Both the position numbers and the translations under genes were made by a program. A stretch of 64,000 nucleotides of DNA from Podarcis liolepis (lineage: Eukaryota): the NCBI GenBank assembly GCA_965112155.1, contig OZ218111.1. One strand, 5' to 3'. This document shows positions 10,830 to 23,680 of this stretch, piece by piece; the first letter of the stretch is position 1, and the number at the start of each line of letters is the position of its first letter. The notes beneath the pieces were generated by a model that had not been told where the DNA came from, did no database searches, and saw nothing but the letters and a program-made list of their open reading frames with translations.

Positions 10830-10916
10830 CGCAATTGTGAAAGTGACCACGAGGAAGATCTTCCCAGCCGGCCAGCCCCTCACCATCTCTTGAGGAGGAC
10901 GAGCAGTATATCTTAA
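10830..10916 (+). CDS. DAPK2: DAPK2 alpha terminal coding exon RNCESDHEEDLPSRPAPHHLLRRTSSIS*
   Basis: ttccAG acceptor. Homologous to the human DAPK2 C-terminal tail (RNCESDTEED...RRRSSTS). Stop TAA at 10914-10916. Confidence 0.93.
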   Translation, partial: RNCESDHEEDLPSRPAPHHLLRRTSSIS

Positions 10917-11991
10917 CTCCGCCAAACAGAAACGGGTGTCGGACTGAGATTTCCAAGTGCCTAACAGCGCAGCTCTTGCACAACTGAACACTTTGTCTCG
11001 GGGGCTCTTTCTACCCCCAACGTATACGCAAGCACAGACCAGAAAGGCTCGTGCTGCCCCTTGGGGACTCTGAATCCTCCAAAGGCAGGAAGAAGCCACA
11101 ATGAAGTCCCAGACGCGTTTGGTGCACTATAAATTGTCACATAGAAGCCAAGATAGGAGTGGACTGTGGGATACGAGGTGTCATTTCCAGAGGAAAAAAA
11201 TTGACTCCATTATTTTAACTGCAAATAACAAGTGTGTGCAGAGCTGGTGATCCAGGGGAAAGAGCTGGGCAGGAAACTGAGGTGTTGGAGCAGGAGGAGG
11301 ACGATAAGGTAGGAATGGTGTCCATTCCAGGTGCCCCCCAGGCAGCCAGCTGATCATGGGCGCAGTGTAGCTGAGAGCAACCTCCCCCTTCTTCTTTGAA
11401 GCCCTTGAGGGCAACCCAGCCCCCAGATCTTTCTTGCAAAGAGACAGGAGATTGTTTCTATCAAGGGCAGCGGACAAGAAGAGCAAAAGCAGGCTGCAGG
11501 ATGTTCCTTTTTGACAAGCTACATTTCCCACCAGTCTTTGTTCTCCTGCAGAGTTGGGTGCATTTGGCAAACATTTGATCCTAATCAGTTTAATGTAGTG
11601 ATTGGGCACCAGCCCTCACCTCCTGGCGAAGGCCAGAGGAGGAAGCCTCCTTTCCTTGGCACCTGCTGCATCGTCCTTCTGCAAACACATCCTGCCTCCC
11701 CTGCCTTGCCCCTCTCAAGGATCAAAGCGACTTAGTCAATGGCACCCCTGCGCTCTTCTGGCCACTCCCCCCCATAGCAGGACAGCTTAGCCCAGAGGGG
11801 AGCAGTCACCAATTTATTTATTTATTTCACAAAATTTATAAACTGCTTGGTTGTTAAAAGAAAACCCTCAAAACGGTTTGAGCAAACAGGAAAATCTAGA
11901 AAAATGAATAGCCCTACTTTAAAAACATACAAAAAGTTAAAAAAATACTGAAACAGATTAAAATGACCTCAACTTTCTAAGCATCTAGGTA

Positions 11992-12346
11992 AAGGTAAAG
12001 GGACCCCAGACCGTTAGGTCCAGTCATGGCCGACTCTGGGGTTGCAGCGCTCATCTTGCTTTATTGGCCGAGGGAGCCGGTGTACAGCTTCCGGGTCATG
12101 TGGCCAGCATGACTAAGCCGCTTCTGGCGAACCAGAGCAGCGCATGGAAACGCCATTTACCTTCCCACCGGAGTGGTACCTATTTATCTACTTGCACTTT
12201 GACGTGCTTTCGAACCGCTAGGTTGGCAGGAGCTGGGACCGAGCAACAGGAGCTCACCCCGTCACGGGGATTCGAACTGCTGACCTTCTGATTGGCAAGC
12301 CCTAGGCTCTGTGGTTTAGACTACAATGCCACCCACGTCCCTTGTA
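11992..12346 (-). mobile_element. Sauria SINE, full length
   Basis: tRNA-related head on the minus strand (GGGACGTGGGTGGCATTG...), (ACCTTT)n tail, 13-bp TSD AAGCATCTAGGTA at 11979-11991 and 12347-12359. Confidence 0.9.
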
Positions 12347-14082
12347 AAGCATCTAGGTAGGTTTGTCTAAAAGGAATGTTTTCAGCAGGGGGCACTTTTC
12401 AGATTTAGAGAGAGTCACAAAATGGCTGCCCTGCAGCAGGTAGAGATGGCAGGCCAAACATGGTTGCCGTGGGCAGCAGGCATAACTCAAAAGTTTGAGA
12501 GGGCAGTCAATAATACTGCTCCCCCTCCCCTGCTCTAGCCAGCCTCATGCTTACTAGGGGAAATCAGATTTGTTCTGCTGGCAGAGATACAGCTGTTAAA
12601 GGCACAATAACCCTGTTTTCCCCTGTGATGGCCCTAAACCAAAGCCTAGGTTGCCATCCTGGACACAGTTACTGGGGACTAAGCCCCATTTAAACACAAA
12701 GAGATTTGCTTCTGAAGTAGACATATATATCATTGTTTGGTCAAGTGAATTCCTGACACACCTAAACATCAGCTCCTGCACAACCAGAGACATGCCTAAG
12801 TTTCTTTGCAAAGTTTTCACATTTTGCATTTGCCATTTGGATAGCGGATTCTTTAACATTGTCATGCACCTATTATGCCAGGATTACCTGATCTGAGAGG
12901 AACCCACCTCAGGGAAAATGCATCCTGGTTTCTAGGAAAAAAGGAAGGGCACACTATGGAGATTTCAAGTCAAGATGGTCAAACTTGTGCTGTAATTCCT
13001 GATGTTCTTCCCCCTCCCCTGTGTGATTTATTCCATTCCAATATATTTCATCCCATCCACCACATGTTTCTGCTCCTGAGTCCTGTTGGGATAGGCCTAT
13101 GGAGGCTCTGTTCTCAAAATTTATGTTCCTAATTCTTGGTTTCTCCTCCTTTTCCTTCTTCTTCCCTGCCTTCATCACCTGCCTGGAATGAAGACCAGCC
13201 TGCTGGGACAGCTTTACATGTCTTTTCATATATTATTAAAGGGAAAAGGGGGAACAGTACTTTGCTCCTAGTGAGTTATAATAAGCCATACTGCTGTTTC
13301 CACCAACATATTCAATATTATTTTGGAAATGTACTGTTCAGTTAAGCTAGTTGTATCATGTTGAAAAATCACTCTGCTGTGCTTTTATACTACCTTGTGG
13401 TCCTTTGGTCCTGTATCTCCATGTTTGGCCCAGATCTCCATGTTTTTTACTTAAGGGCTGTGTGTGGGTATATATTTTCAAACCTCATTATGGTCAGCAT
13501 TTTGCTTATGCACTTGTATTTTGGGTTTTGATATTCACTATGATGTATGCTGTGTTTTTGTTTTTCGTTTTTTGTGTGTGTTGCAAAAATTTCCAATGTG
13601 CGTTTGTTGGAATTACCCTCTCCAAAGACAAAACACCAGTGAGTTAAATGTTTGAGGGCAACTTCTTACATTCATTTTGATGTAGCAAATTATCCAAGAG
13701 GCAAGACCTGTGATCTATCACATCTGCGGGGTGGTGGGTGGTGGTGGTGGTAAAGTACTCCAGGACATGTTAAATCTCAGCTTTCACCAGAAGAAACACT
13801 AATGCAATCTGATTCAGACAAGGACGCTATTTCCTTGCCTGCTCTTCCGTTTTGAAGCTGCCATTCCTTTTGTCCTCGAGGCAGTTTCCCCCCAATCCGA
13901 TATCATCACATTGCAACATTTGTACCTATTGAGCAGCCCCTCAATACCTGCTTTTCTCATGTTGTGTTCAGCTGTATACCAAAATGTACCACCCCACTTA
14001 TCCTGAGGAACATTTTTCAGAATAAAACAGTTACACATTTGCTTTGTTAGGAGATAATGAGTTAAAAATTCTAAACTTGATA

Positions 14083-14332
14083 CAGTAGAACCTCTACTTA
14101 CGACCGCCTCTACTTGGGCCCGATCCAAGTTGCAACCGCAGCAAACCTGGAAGTAAATACTGGATTTGCTGTGATTCGTGCACGTGCAGAAACAGCTTCT
14201 GCCGTTTGCACACACGCAGAAGTGCGGCGCCGCCGAATGCGCCTGCGCAGAACGGCGCTTCTACCAGCGACCCGGATCGACTTACGGACGGACCTCTGGA
14301 ACTGATTACGTCCGTAAATAGAGGCTCCACTG
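14083..14332. mobile_element. Tc1/mariner (Tigger/pogo-like) MITE
   Basis: TA-CAGTAGAACCTCTACTTACG...CGTAAATAGAGGCTCCACTG-TA terminal inverted repeats with TA TSD. Confidence 0.85.
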
Positions 14333-15904
14333 TACTGTATTTGGGCATTAGATCTGTAGTACATATTGAAGAATATACAGAAGGTTTAAAAAAAAGAACT
14401 GATTTGCAGAAGATTCAGGAATTCTGGGGCTCATCCACTCCATGGAAGCAAGTTGCAGTTGTTCACTCCTACTAACATAGAACAACTGCACCTACTTCCA
14501 TCTGCAAAGGACACTTAAAGGATAGATAATGCAGGAAATAAAGCTCAGGTTTGCTATGTTCAGCTGGTCATGATGCAGAAAGGGGAAATTGTGTGCACGG
14601 TATTACATTAAGCTTGGCACCGTAATCTTGATCCCCTGCATCAGTGATTTTAACATGCGTAGCATCACTTGAGATTAATTGTACGGGAGATCATTCAGCG
14701 TTCAGCGGCTACATAAACCAAATCAATGCAATCTGCATTGCAAAGCAGTTTAGCTCATTGCAGTAATGGGAAATGTTTGAACCGTTTCCAATGTAAAGTT
14801 CACAAACTGCCTTTGATCTCTGGGTTTGAGGCAGTGGAAAGCTTTGACTTATTACAATATGTGCATCTCCTCGTGATTGGCGGCAACTCTCCACAAGGAT
14901 CATGGGCAGAGAGGAGGGTCTTTCCCATCACCTTGCCCCTGGATCTTTTTTTAAACCAGAGATGCTTAATATGAATTAGACTCGGAGGCTCCTGCTGGTG
15001 CTCTACCACTGAGCTATGGTCCTGAATTGGCTAGGGACTAACATAGTGTGTTCATTGCAACCACCTTCTCATTCCATGGGTAGAAAAAGCAAGTTACCTG
15101 CAGATTCCCTATCACAGGTAGCTGCTTTGCACTATCTGAGAGGCACATCCCACAATTCTTTGCAATGCTGGCATGTGAACCAAGCCAACTTGCGTATCTG
15201 ACATTGCAACACTCAGCAGCACCTTTGCTAGATGTTGTACAGTTGTAACAGCCCCGCCTTAAAAAGCAGTAATTCAAAACAGTCTATTGACGTGATTGTG
15301 CACTCAGGCTGGCCCTACACGCATGTTCCACCAAGCAAAAGAAACCTCTTCCCTTTCTTTAAGAATCTGTCTCCTGTGCCAAGTCACAGTTGTTGCTTTT
15401 TGAGGGTACAGCAAAGATCTGGGATCTGCATGTTTCCAATAGCAGCTACTTCTGCTAACTATCTGATACCTGCTTTGCATGGATGGAGTGGGCACAGGAT
15501 GTGTTGGTGATGAAATGGGCCTCTGCAGCCAAAAGCTCCTGTCTCAGTCTAGCGTTGGTGCAATGGAAAAGCCACCTATTGGTTTTAATGCTTGCTTTGA
15601 GGGTAGGACTTGGTGAAGCGCAAAGAGCTAAAGTCCTGGCAAGGTTCGGGTTGCACTGGATAGAATGGGTGGTGATTTGGAAAGGAACTGGAGGCTCCCC
15701 ATCCCAAGTGACTCAGCCACCTGCAAAAGGGTAGGGGAGATTCACAATCAGTGCAAGTGAGGGTTCAGGGGAAGGGATGATGGAGCTGGGTCAGGGAAAG
15801 TGGGTCTTGACGCACTTGTTCCCAGCCCAAGTGAAGCAGTAGGTGGTGGGGGGGTGACAGCAGCTGTAGCAGCCCCCACTGACCTTTCATCCTCTGCTCC
15901 CCCA

Positions 15905-16305
15905 GTATGGGTAAAACTAGGGTCTCAACTAGGGCCAGGGCCTTTTCAGTGCTGGCCCTGACTTGGTGGAACGCTCTGTCACAAGAGACTAGGGCCCTGC
16001 GGGACTTGACATCTTTCCGCAGGCCCTGCAAGAAAGCCTGGCCTTTTGTTTGGACTCAGTCTGACCCTTATGTTTCCCTCCCCTTATGGTTTGGATTTGT
16101 GGGCTACTATTAAAATGAGGCTGCATTTTAAATTGTATTTTAACCTATATTTTAATAAATTGATTTTGTTTGTTTGTTTGTCCCCACCCCCACTATTATG
16201 TTTTATTGTAATTTTATTGGTGTTAGTTGCCCTGAGGCCTGGCTCTGGCCACGGGGGGCAGGGTATAAATAAAAATATTATTATTATTACTATTATTATT
16301 ATTAA
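15905..16305 (+). mobile_element. L2-type LINE 3' end fragment
   Basis: RAFSV...WNAL...R...F motif of the L2 ORF2 C-terminus. Ends GGGCAGGGTATAAATAAA-(TTA)n. Confidence 0.75.
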
Positions 16306-17029
16306 AATCAGGCTGTGGATGTAAATTCAGCAAACCCATCAAAAGAGAAAAGTAGGATAGGAATGGACAAAGCTGGCATCAATCCATGAGGATGCCACAC
16401 CACACCTTTGTGGCAAATATTCATCTCTGGCCCTGCTTCAGTTCTCTGGGAAGAGGATTCAGGTGGCAGTGGGGTGGGTGGCCTCTGCCCTACCCACTGA
16501 GCTGTCACCAGATGGTTCTTTACAGCCAGCTCCGTGCATGACCAGGACTGTGCAGCTGGGCTTGCAGGTGTGGCCAGGCAGCTTCATTTGGTGCTCTGCC
16601 TCAGTTGGGCGGCACAGCATCCAGCCCCAGCTCTGCCCCTTCATCCAAACCTGTAGAAACCTTGATCTCCCAGAGGATTCTGCATGTAAAACCACTTAGC
16701 ATAATTGTGGGGTAGTGGTGGCTGCTGGCCAAGATGACTTTGAAAGGGGATTCAAGCCATTCTTGGGAGAAGAGGAGAGGCCTGTCAGTGGCTACTAGTT
16801 CTCATGGCTAATATGCTAGTTTATTGTTCAGAGGCAGTGACTATCTCTTGGGGTGGGGGTGGGGAAATAAGAGGGAAGGCAATTACCTTCATGTCCTGCT
16901 TATGGGAAGCTTTGACAGGCAGGTGTTAGAAAGAGGATCTTGAACTAGCTGGGTCTTTGGGGATCTGATCCAGATGGTCCCTCCACGTGTCCTTATATTC
17001 TCAAGGAGGAAGTAATTTTTTGTGCCAAA

Positions 17030-17720
17030 CATCGGAACTGGGCGTTTGCTTTCACGGAAGAGTGAAAATTCGCGACGCTGAAAGATGGCACGAATTCTTG
17101 GCCACACCCTTCCCCTGACAACCTCGGAGAGAACCTTAGGCAGGGCGTGTCTGAGCCCTGGCTGCCCGCCAGTGTCCTGGCATCCCTTGATTCGGTGGTT
17201 TCTCCTCTCTCTTTCCTCCTGGACAGCTCCCCTCTGCCTGCCACGCGCGCCTTGGTACCCAGGGAAGCTGCCCTTGCTCTGGCTGATGGCGCCTTTGTCA
17301 GCGAGGGAGCAGCAGCTCTTCCCCAGCGCTCAGCAACTGGACAGCAACTCTGCCGCTGGCGCCTCCCCAGCTGCTCGTGTCCGCGCTTTGGAAGCGCTTC
17401 TTCCTGCCTCGGGGCGCCTGGCAAGGATGGCCGGGGCGGGAGGGGCGCAGACGCAAACGGGAGGCAAACCAGCCGCTTCATAGTACTGGTATAGCGAGTG
17501 GGACTGGGAATGGGCTGCGGCGAGGGGATTGCCTGCCAGGCGACCACCAGCTTTTCCGCTCAAATTGGAATTGGCAGTTCTTAGCTTACGTCTCCCGATC
17601 CTTGATATCTCTTCCCCTCCCCTTTCTGCCTGTGTTTCCCCCCTTATCTCTCCTCCTCCCTGCAGAACTTCTCATTGCCGCCCCCCCCCCGCGCCGCCGC
17701 CACCTTTCCTTCCCAAGGTT
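17030..17720. promoter_or_regulatory. CpG-rich island not attached to any recognisable gene
   Basis: Locally high CpG against a CpG-depleted background. ETS CGGAAG at 17055, YY1-like AAGATGGC at 17082, GC box GGGGCGGG at 17433. Confidence 0.55.
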
Positions 17721-20700
17721 ACATTCATAAATAATCCTCCCCCTGGAACATCTCTCCTGCCTGGTCTAAGCAAGCTGATCCCGAGTCAGGCTGATGGTCC
17801 GCCGAGTCCAGGAACCGGCACTGGCTCTCCAGGGATTCGCCCAGGAGTCTCTCCCAGCCCTGGGATGATGATGGGTATCAAACATGGGAGCTCTTTCTTG
17901 CATAATTACATAGGACCAGGGCACCAGGGGTGGGGCATGGGCGGGGATTTCTTTTAGGCGGGGGCAGAACCTCAGATAATTGAGTACTTTCAATGCTTTG
18001 TGGATCTAGGGGGGCAGCTGCCCATGGGTTCTTTCATGCCAGCCTCCCATCCTCCAACCATGGGCTTAGCCCGAGGGGGCAGGGGGCAACTGTCCCCCCT
18101 AAATCAATACAAATCTGAGGTTCTGCCCCCTCAACAAAAATCCTGCAGGTACCTTTTAACTGCAACAGGGCTGGATGAACCTTTGTGGTAACTACATTAA
18201 GGGCTTAGAGTCCCAGTCTAACAGGGGAGACTGTGGTGGTGAGATTTTATGGGAGCTTCCACTGACGGGGGTGCACACATGCCCACCCCCTTTACACCTG
18301 GTTGCAATTCTTTGTAGCTCAGAACATCTTGGCCACACTGTCAGAACAAATATTTTTGTAACCTGCTTAGATACTATATTTGCAATCAAGCAGTATCTGC
18401 ATTTTTTAAAAAATTCTGAACACGGCTGCTGCTGCCGGCTGCTTCTTAAGGTATGTTTCATAACATGGGTCTTGGCATAATAGATCTCCTGGTTGGACCT
18501 CCTAGGACTCTAATCTGGGGATCTTGAAGCACTGTACTCTTTTTCTCTTGCTGCTGATGCAAGCTCTCTTATTCTCAGCTGCGTTGGGACATAATTTTGC
18601 AGGAAGTTCATGAATAAGCATTTCTGAAGCAACCCCACACCCCGGGCTGAGGCTGGAGAGAGCCAAAGGCTAAGTATAAATCATGACTGCTGGGAGAGAG
18701 GGGGAGAGGAAGTGGAGTCAAGGATGGATCCCTGCCCTAACCCTAGCACAACCTTTCACAGTCTGTTGCTTTTGACTGCCCAAGCATATGGGAGCATCTT
18801 TTTACTAACACAGGCCCCTTGGGACCGACCTGTCCCATCACCTGTGTGTGTGTGCCTCTTTGACCACAAATGCAATCTAGGAGACTTTCATTTTTTAAAA
18901 ATGCATTTCTAGTGGGATTGCTGTGTTAGCCTGTTGCAGGGGAAACAAGGTCCTGTGGCGCCTTCAAGACAATTAAGCTGATTAGGCCAACAAGGCTTTC
19001 GTGAACTAGAGTGCAAGACTGTGCTATGTTGCTAGACCTCATGGTTACAAGAGGTCAGGGATGGCTAAACCTTTTTGCTTGAGGATCATATTCATTATGG
19101 CAAACCAATGGGTGGGTGGCTGTGTCCCAAGGCGAGTGTGGTCATCTCACACTCTCACATGCACAGATACTTGGGAGACACACAGGCGGATGGGTTCAGA
19201 TCAGCTGAGGAGAGGAGTTAATCACCTAGCACTACCTCCCTCCTCTTGCTGCGGTTGCCAAATTTGGTGGTCTAGAAAAAAATTACTTGGGGCCCATATC
19301 AGGACCCCAAAGAGGGGACTGGCAACCCTGGTCTGTGTGCTCATGTGCATGTCATGGAGGCCTTATGAAGATGTAGTGGCCTATACCCACTTTCAAATTT
19401 TTGGATGGGGAAAGGAGTCCTACCTTATGTTAAAAGAAATGAACAAGATGCTTATAATATGGTATGAGGAAGCCTAATGGAATATTCAGTTCCCAAGGCT
19501 TTTCCTTAGGCAGCAACTGTTCATTTTCATTTATTTCTCAATTTCTCAAACACCTCAGCCACTTGCAAAGGAATGATTTTTCCAAAATTTCAAAAGCCAA
19601 GGCATGCCTGTGGGCTGGGCCAAAGGAAGCTCAAGCAGGTACACACAGCACTAGACAGGGAGTTAAGTTTTGCCCTGGGTTCTAGTGCCTTCACCTTGCC
19701 TTTGTCTTCTAGCCACTAGCTGTAAAATGGGTACAATTTTGATGGGGCTATGGTTGAAGCTCTTGAGGAGCTGAAAGTCAAAAAGATTGTACAAATAAAC
19801 ATGTAATTTGTGATATACAGTAGCTTTGGTCCAAAAATGAACATAAAATGAAATTTATTTGTCCCATTTCTTTAATAAAATGTGGAAGGCAATGCAATAA
19901 AAACAGCATAAAACAACCAATCCTGGGTGCAATAAAAATGATTGAAACAACATCAAAGAGAACAAGCAACCAATTAATATCAGCAAGGAGTGTCAATTTC
20001 CACCCTGTTGAACAAAACAATTGCACTGAGATTTATTACAATTTGAAACCCAATTTAAATTAGAGTGCCTGAGGGATTGGGGGGGTGGGGGGGATGAATA
20101 GGGTCGTCAACCCAATAAATAAATCTCCTAAAGCAATTCTATGCCTCAGTCCTTGTTAACCTGGGGCCTTCCAGGTGTTTTGGACTGCAATTCCCATCAG
20201 CCCCAGCCAGCTCAGCTATGCTGACTGGAGCTGATGGGAGTTGTAGTCCCAAGCAGCTGGAGAGACAATATCACTTTACTCAGAATCAAGTCCTACTTTA
20301 TTAAATGAGCCTCACTCACATGTAAGTATATGCAAATGAGTGGAGCCAACGGGGATTAACTGAGTGAATAATTTTGTAAGTCAAGAGTTCGAAAGCCAAA
20401 CAAACAAACAAATCTGCTTGCATTGTGATAGAAGAGGCATTTGCTCCTTTGACAGAGGAAAGAGAATGCTTCTTTTTATGCAGTGCTTTTTAAAATAAAC
20501 AACAGAGATAAAAATAATATTTGTAAAAGCTGGATCAGTCAGGGTACTTTCACCTGATCAATTAGGGACCTTTTTTTAGTAGAATAAAAACTTCTAGTAA
20601 TAATAATTTTTTATTTTACAAGTACTACTTGGCAATAGTCTATATAAGCAATGTTCTGGGACTGTCTTATCAGCGGCTGAACAAGAGACGGTAGCATGTT

Positions 20701-21267
20701 GTGGCTGCAAAAAATGGTTTATGGGATTTTTGGCAGCATTAATAAAAGTTTAACTTGAAAGTCAGAGTTGCCTTTATTTCACATTAGTCAGGGCTCATCT
20801 GGAGTATTGAGTCCAGTTTTTGAAATGAAGATGGAAAATGTCAGGCCTCTGAAGACATGTTGAAAAAATGGAGTGATGCAGGACGAGAAGGAGGACAACA
20901 TGTAAAGCAGCACTCTCTGCACACAACATGTAAACAGCAGCACTCTTGCTATTCATAACTCCTGGACACACTACTGCTTATCAGGCAGACACAATACTTG
21001 CCAGCCTGCCTGCCAGCCTGTTGTGGTCAGAGGAAACAGAAGCCCCGTAGAACACCCTTCCCCAGCCTGGTGCTGCCCATATTGGAGGAAGCCCCCATTG
21101 GACAATTTGCAGTGCCTCGTCACAATCTTGGATTTCCATGAAGAAAAACCCAAGAGGCCAGGAAAAGCGAGCTTAGTAGTTGCATGGGGTGGGAAAAGGA
21201 AGCTCTAGGGGTTAATGTGGGAGAAATGGCTGGGAGGGTTGGATAGTTGAGTGAGGAGGGGTACAGC

Positions 21268-21269
<2 letters not shown>

Positions 21270-21310
<41 letters not shown>
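21270..21310. repeat. (GT)n microsatellite
   Basis: Seen directly. Confidence 0.95.
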
Positions 21311-21314
<4 letters not shown>

Positions 21315-21361
21315 AAAGTCCTCCAACCTTTCTCCAATGAAAACAGAGACATCTTATTCCA

Positions 21362-21545
21362 TGATGATGATGATTTTATTATTTATACCCCACCCATTTG
21401 ACTGGGTTGCCCCAGTCACTCTGGGTGGCTTTCAACATATATAAAAACATTATAAAACATTGAACGTCAAAAAACTTCCCTATACAGAGCTGCCTTCAGA
21501 TGTCTTCTAAAGGTTCTATAGTTACTTATCTCCTTGGCTCAGGGG
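21362..21545 (-). mobile_element. L2-type LINE 3' terminal fragment
   Basis: Shares sequence with the L2 copy at 36411-36600 (ATACCC..CCCAT.TGACTGGGTT, CTGCCTTCAGATGTCTTCTAAA). Confidence 0.7.
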
Positions 21546-22989
21546 TCATATAATTCCACACCCTAAGGAAAAGTGGGGCATTCTGGGATCAAATTAGAAA
21601 ACGGGACAGCTTCTGTAAACCCAAGACTGTCCCTGGAAAAGAGGGATACTTGGAGGGGCTGATATACATCACTACAATTTCCATCATACTGACTGTTGAT
21701 CACGCTTGCTGGGGTTAATGGGAGCTAGAGCCCCACAAATATCTGGTGGGCACCATGTTGAGGAAGGCTAGCCAAGGCATTTGACATGAAACATACCCAA
21801 CAGGGTGTCCCACACAAGAAGCCAAGTATTTATTTTCTGCTGTGGCTCCAGAGGGCAAGGTGAGATCTAAGAGCTTGGGTAGATTTGGGTTGAAGATTAG
21901 GTGAAACTTCATGAGAGTAAGAGTGGCTGGCCAAGGGATCCGCTTCCCTGGAAGGATGGCGGGCTCTTTCTCCTGGGAGGCCTATGAAAGAGAACACCTT
22001 GGGAACACAATGGCTCTGGATTCCCTCCATGGAGCAGAGGGTATGGCTAGCCAGGATACAAGAAAGCCTACAACTCTATGATCAACAAGCCTTATCCACA
22101 ATGGCCATGTTCTGCTGCCACAGTCAGAAGCAGTACACCTCCGAACAGGGATGGCCTACCCATGAGGCAAAGTGAGGCAGTCGCTTCAGGCCACAAGATC
22201 TACATATGGGCAGTGTATCTTGGCTCCAAGGAATGCATTGTCCACTGTTGTCATCGCTTTACTCCTCCCTTGTTCCCAAAGTCAATATTTATCCCCAACC
22301 CCCTGTTCCTGATGTAGGTGTTCACTCACCTGTTCTTCCCTGTTGGGTGGAGAGGGCCATTTTGTGGTTTGCCTCAGGTGCTAAAATCTCTTGGGCAAGC
22401 CCTGCCTCAGGATACTGGATGCTAGGAATCGCAGGTGGGCAGAGGGCTGTTGCCCTCAGGTCCTGCCTTTGGGATTCCCTCTGGAGCATATGGTTGGCCA
22501 CAGACAACTGGACTGGATGGACTGATGATCTGATCCATCAGGCTCTTCATATGTTCTGATGATTCAGTGATAAATTAATAGCAGTTAATTGCTCTCCCAG
22601 CCCCACCTGGAGATGTTTTCCAGAGACTGGCCTTGGCACCTTCCGCATGCAAAGGAAGTGCTCTCCAACGGAGGCGCTACTGCTGCAGCTTGGGACCCCG
22701 CTGGGCTGGAGCTGCCCCTCAGCTTCTTGCTGGAGTAGAAAGTGCTTTCCCAACAACATGGTGTCTGGGGTTTGGGGGTTTTTTGTATTTTTTTGTTTGC
22801 TGATACGATTCCTTTAAAAAAATCACACCCTAAAGTGAAATATAAATGTATTAAAATAAATAAAAACAAACAAAAGAACCAGAAAACCACTATTAGTATA
22901 AAAGCAAGAAAACAACTATGATTATTATTGGTTGTTGAGATGATAATAATTGTACTTCTCCAAGCTTATGACAGGAATAGGATTTTGTT

Positions 22990-23680
22990 GATGGGTCGCA
23001 GACACCCCGGGAGGCGCCCACCGCCCTCCAGCAGGGGGCGCGCTGCCAGCCCCTCCCGCCGTCCCTCCCTGCGCCTGACGCTAGGGGGCGGCAGACAGCG
23101 GGAAGGTAGAGAGGAAAAACTGAAGCGGGCGAGTGCGCGGGGCGGGGGGCAGAAGAAAGAGGCGGCGGCGGCGGCGGATCTCGCGAGGCCCCTGCGGAAG
23201 TCCCGCGAGATCTCGCCGACTCTTTCCCTCCCCGCGTCATGTTTCCTCCCCTTTGACAAGCTGCTGCCGGAGAAGCAGGAGAAGCGGGGAGGACGGGGCG
23301 CCGCCGCTGCCGCCGCCGCCTCACGGGACCTCCCGCCGCGGGCCCCGCCAGCCTTGCCCGGACCGCGCCTTGGTAAAGGGGTCTCCTCCCGGCGCGCTCC
23401 TCGGCGTCCCCGCGGGCGCCCGCGCTGAGGGAAGGCGAGGCCTGAGGGGAGGGGGGAGGGGCAACCGCCGCCGGGGAGGGGCGGGGGGAGGGGAGCCGAG
23501 CGGGGAGGGAGGGGCCCCGCCCCCCGCGGAAAGGGAGGGGGCCAGGGCGACCCCGCCCGGCACCCAGGGGACTCCCGCCCCATTTGGGCGCCTTCCCCCA
23601 TTATTTGGGGCGCTCCTGCCCTCGACCTCGCCGCGACGCCGACGCCGCCGCTCTTCATCTCGCTCACGATCTCTTATTTA
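22990..23680 (+). promoter_or_regulatory. HERC1: HERC1 CpG-island promoter
   Basis: Very GC/CpG-rich. GC boxes, ETS/GABPA CGGAAGT near 23196, and TCTCGCGAGA-like motifs at 23179 and 23201. It is the nearest non-TE CpG island upstream of the first HERC1 coding exon. Confidence 0.85.
23220..23372 (+). other. HERC1: Probable HERC1 non-coding exon 1 (start approximate)
   Basis: Donor CTTG|GTAAAG at 23372/23373 inside the CpG island. The first coding exon has an acceptor upstream of its ATG, so a 5' exon must exist. Confidence 0.6.
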
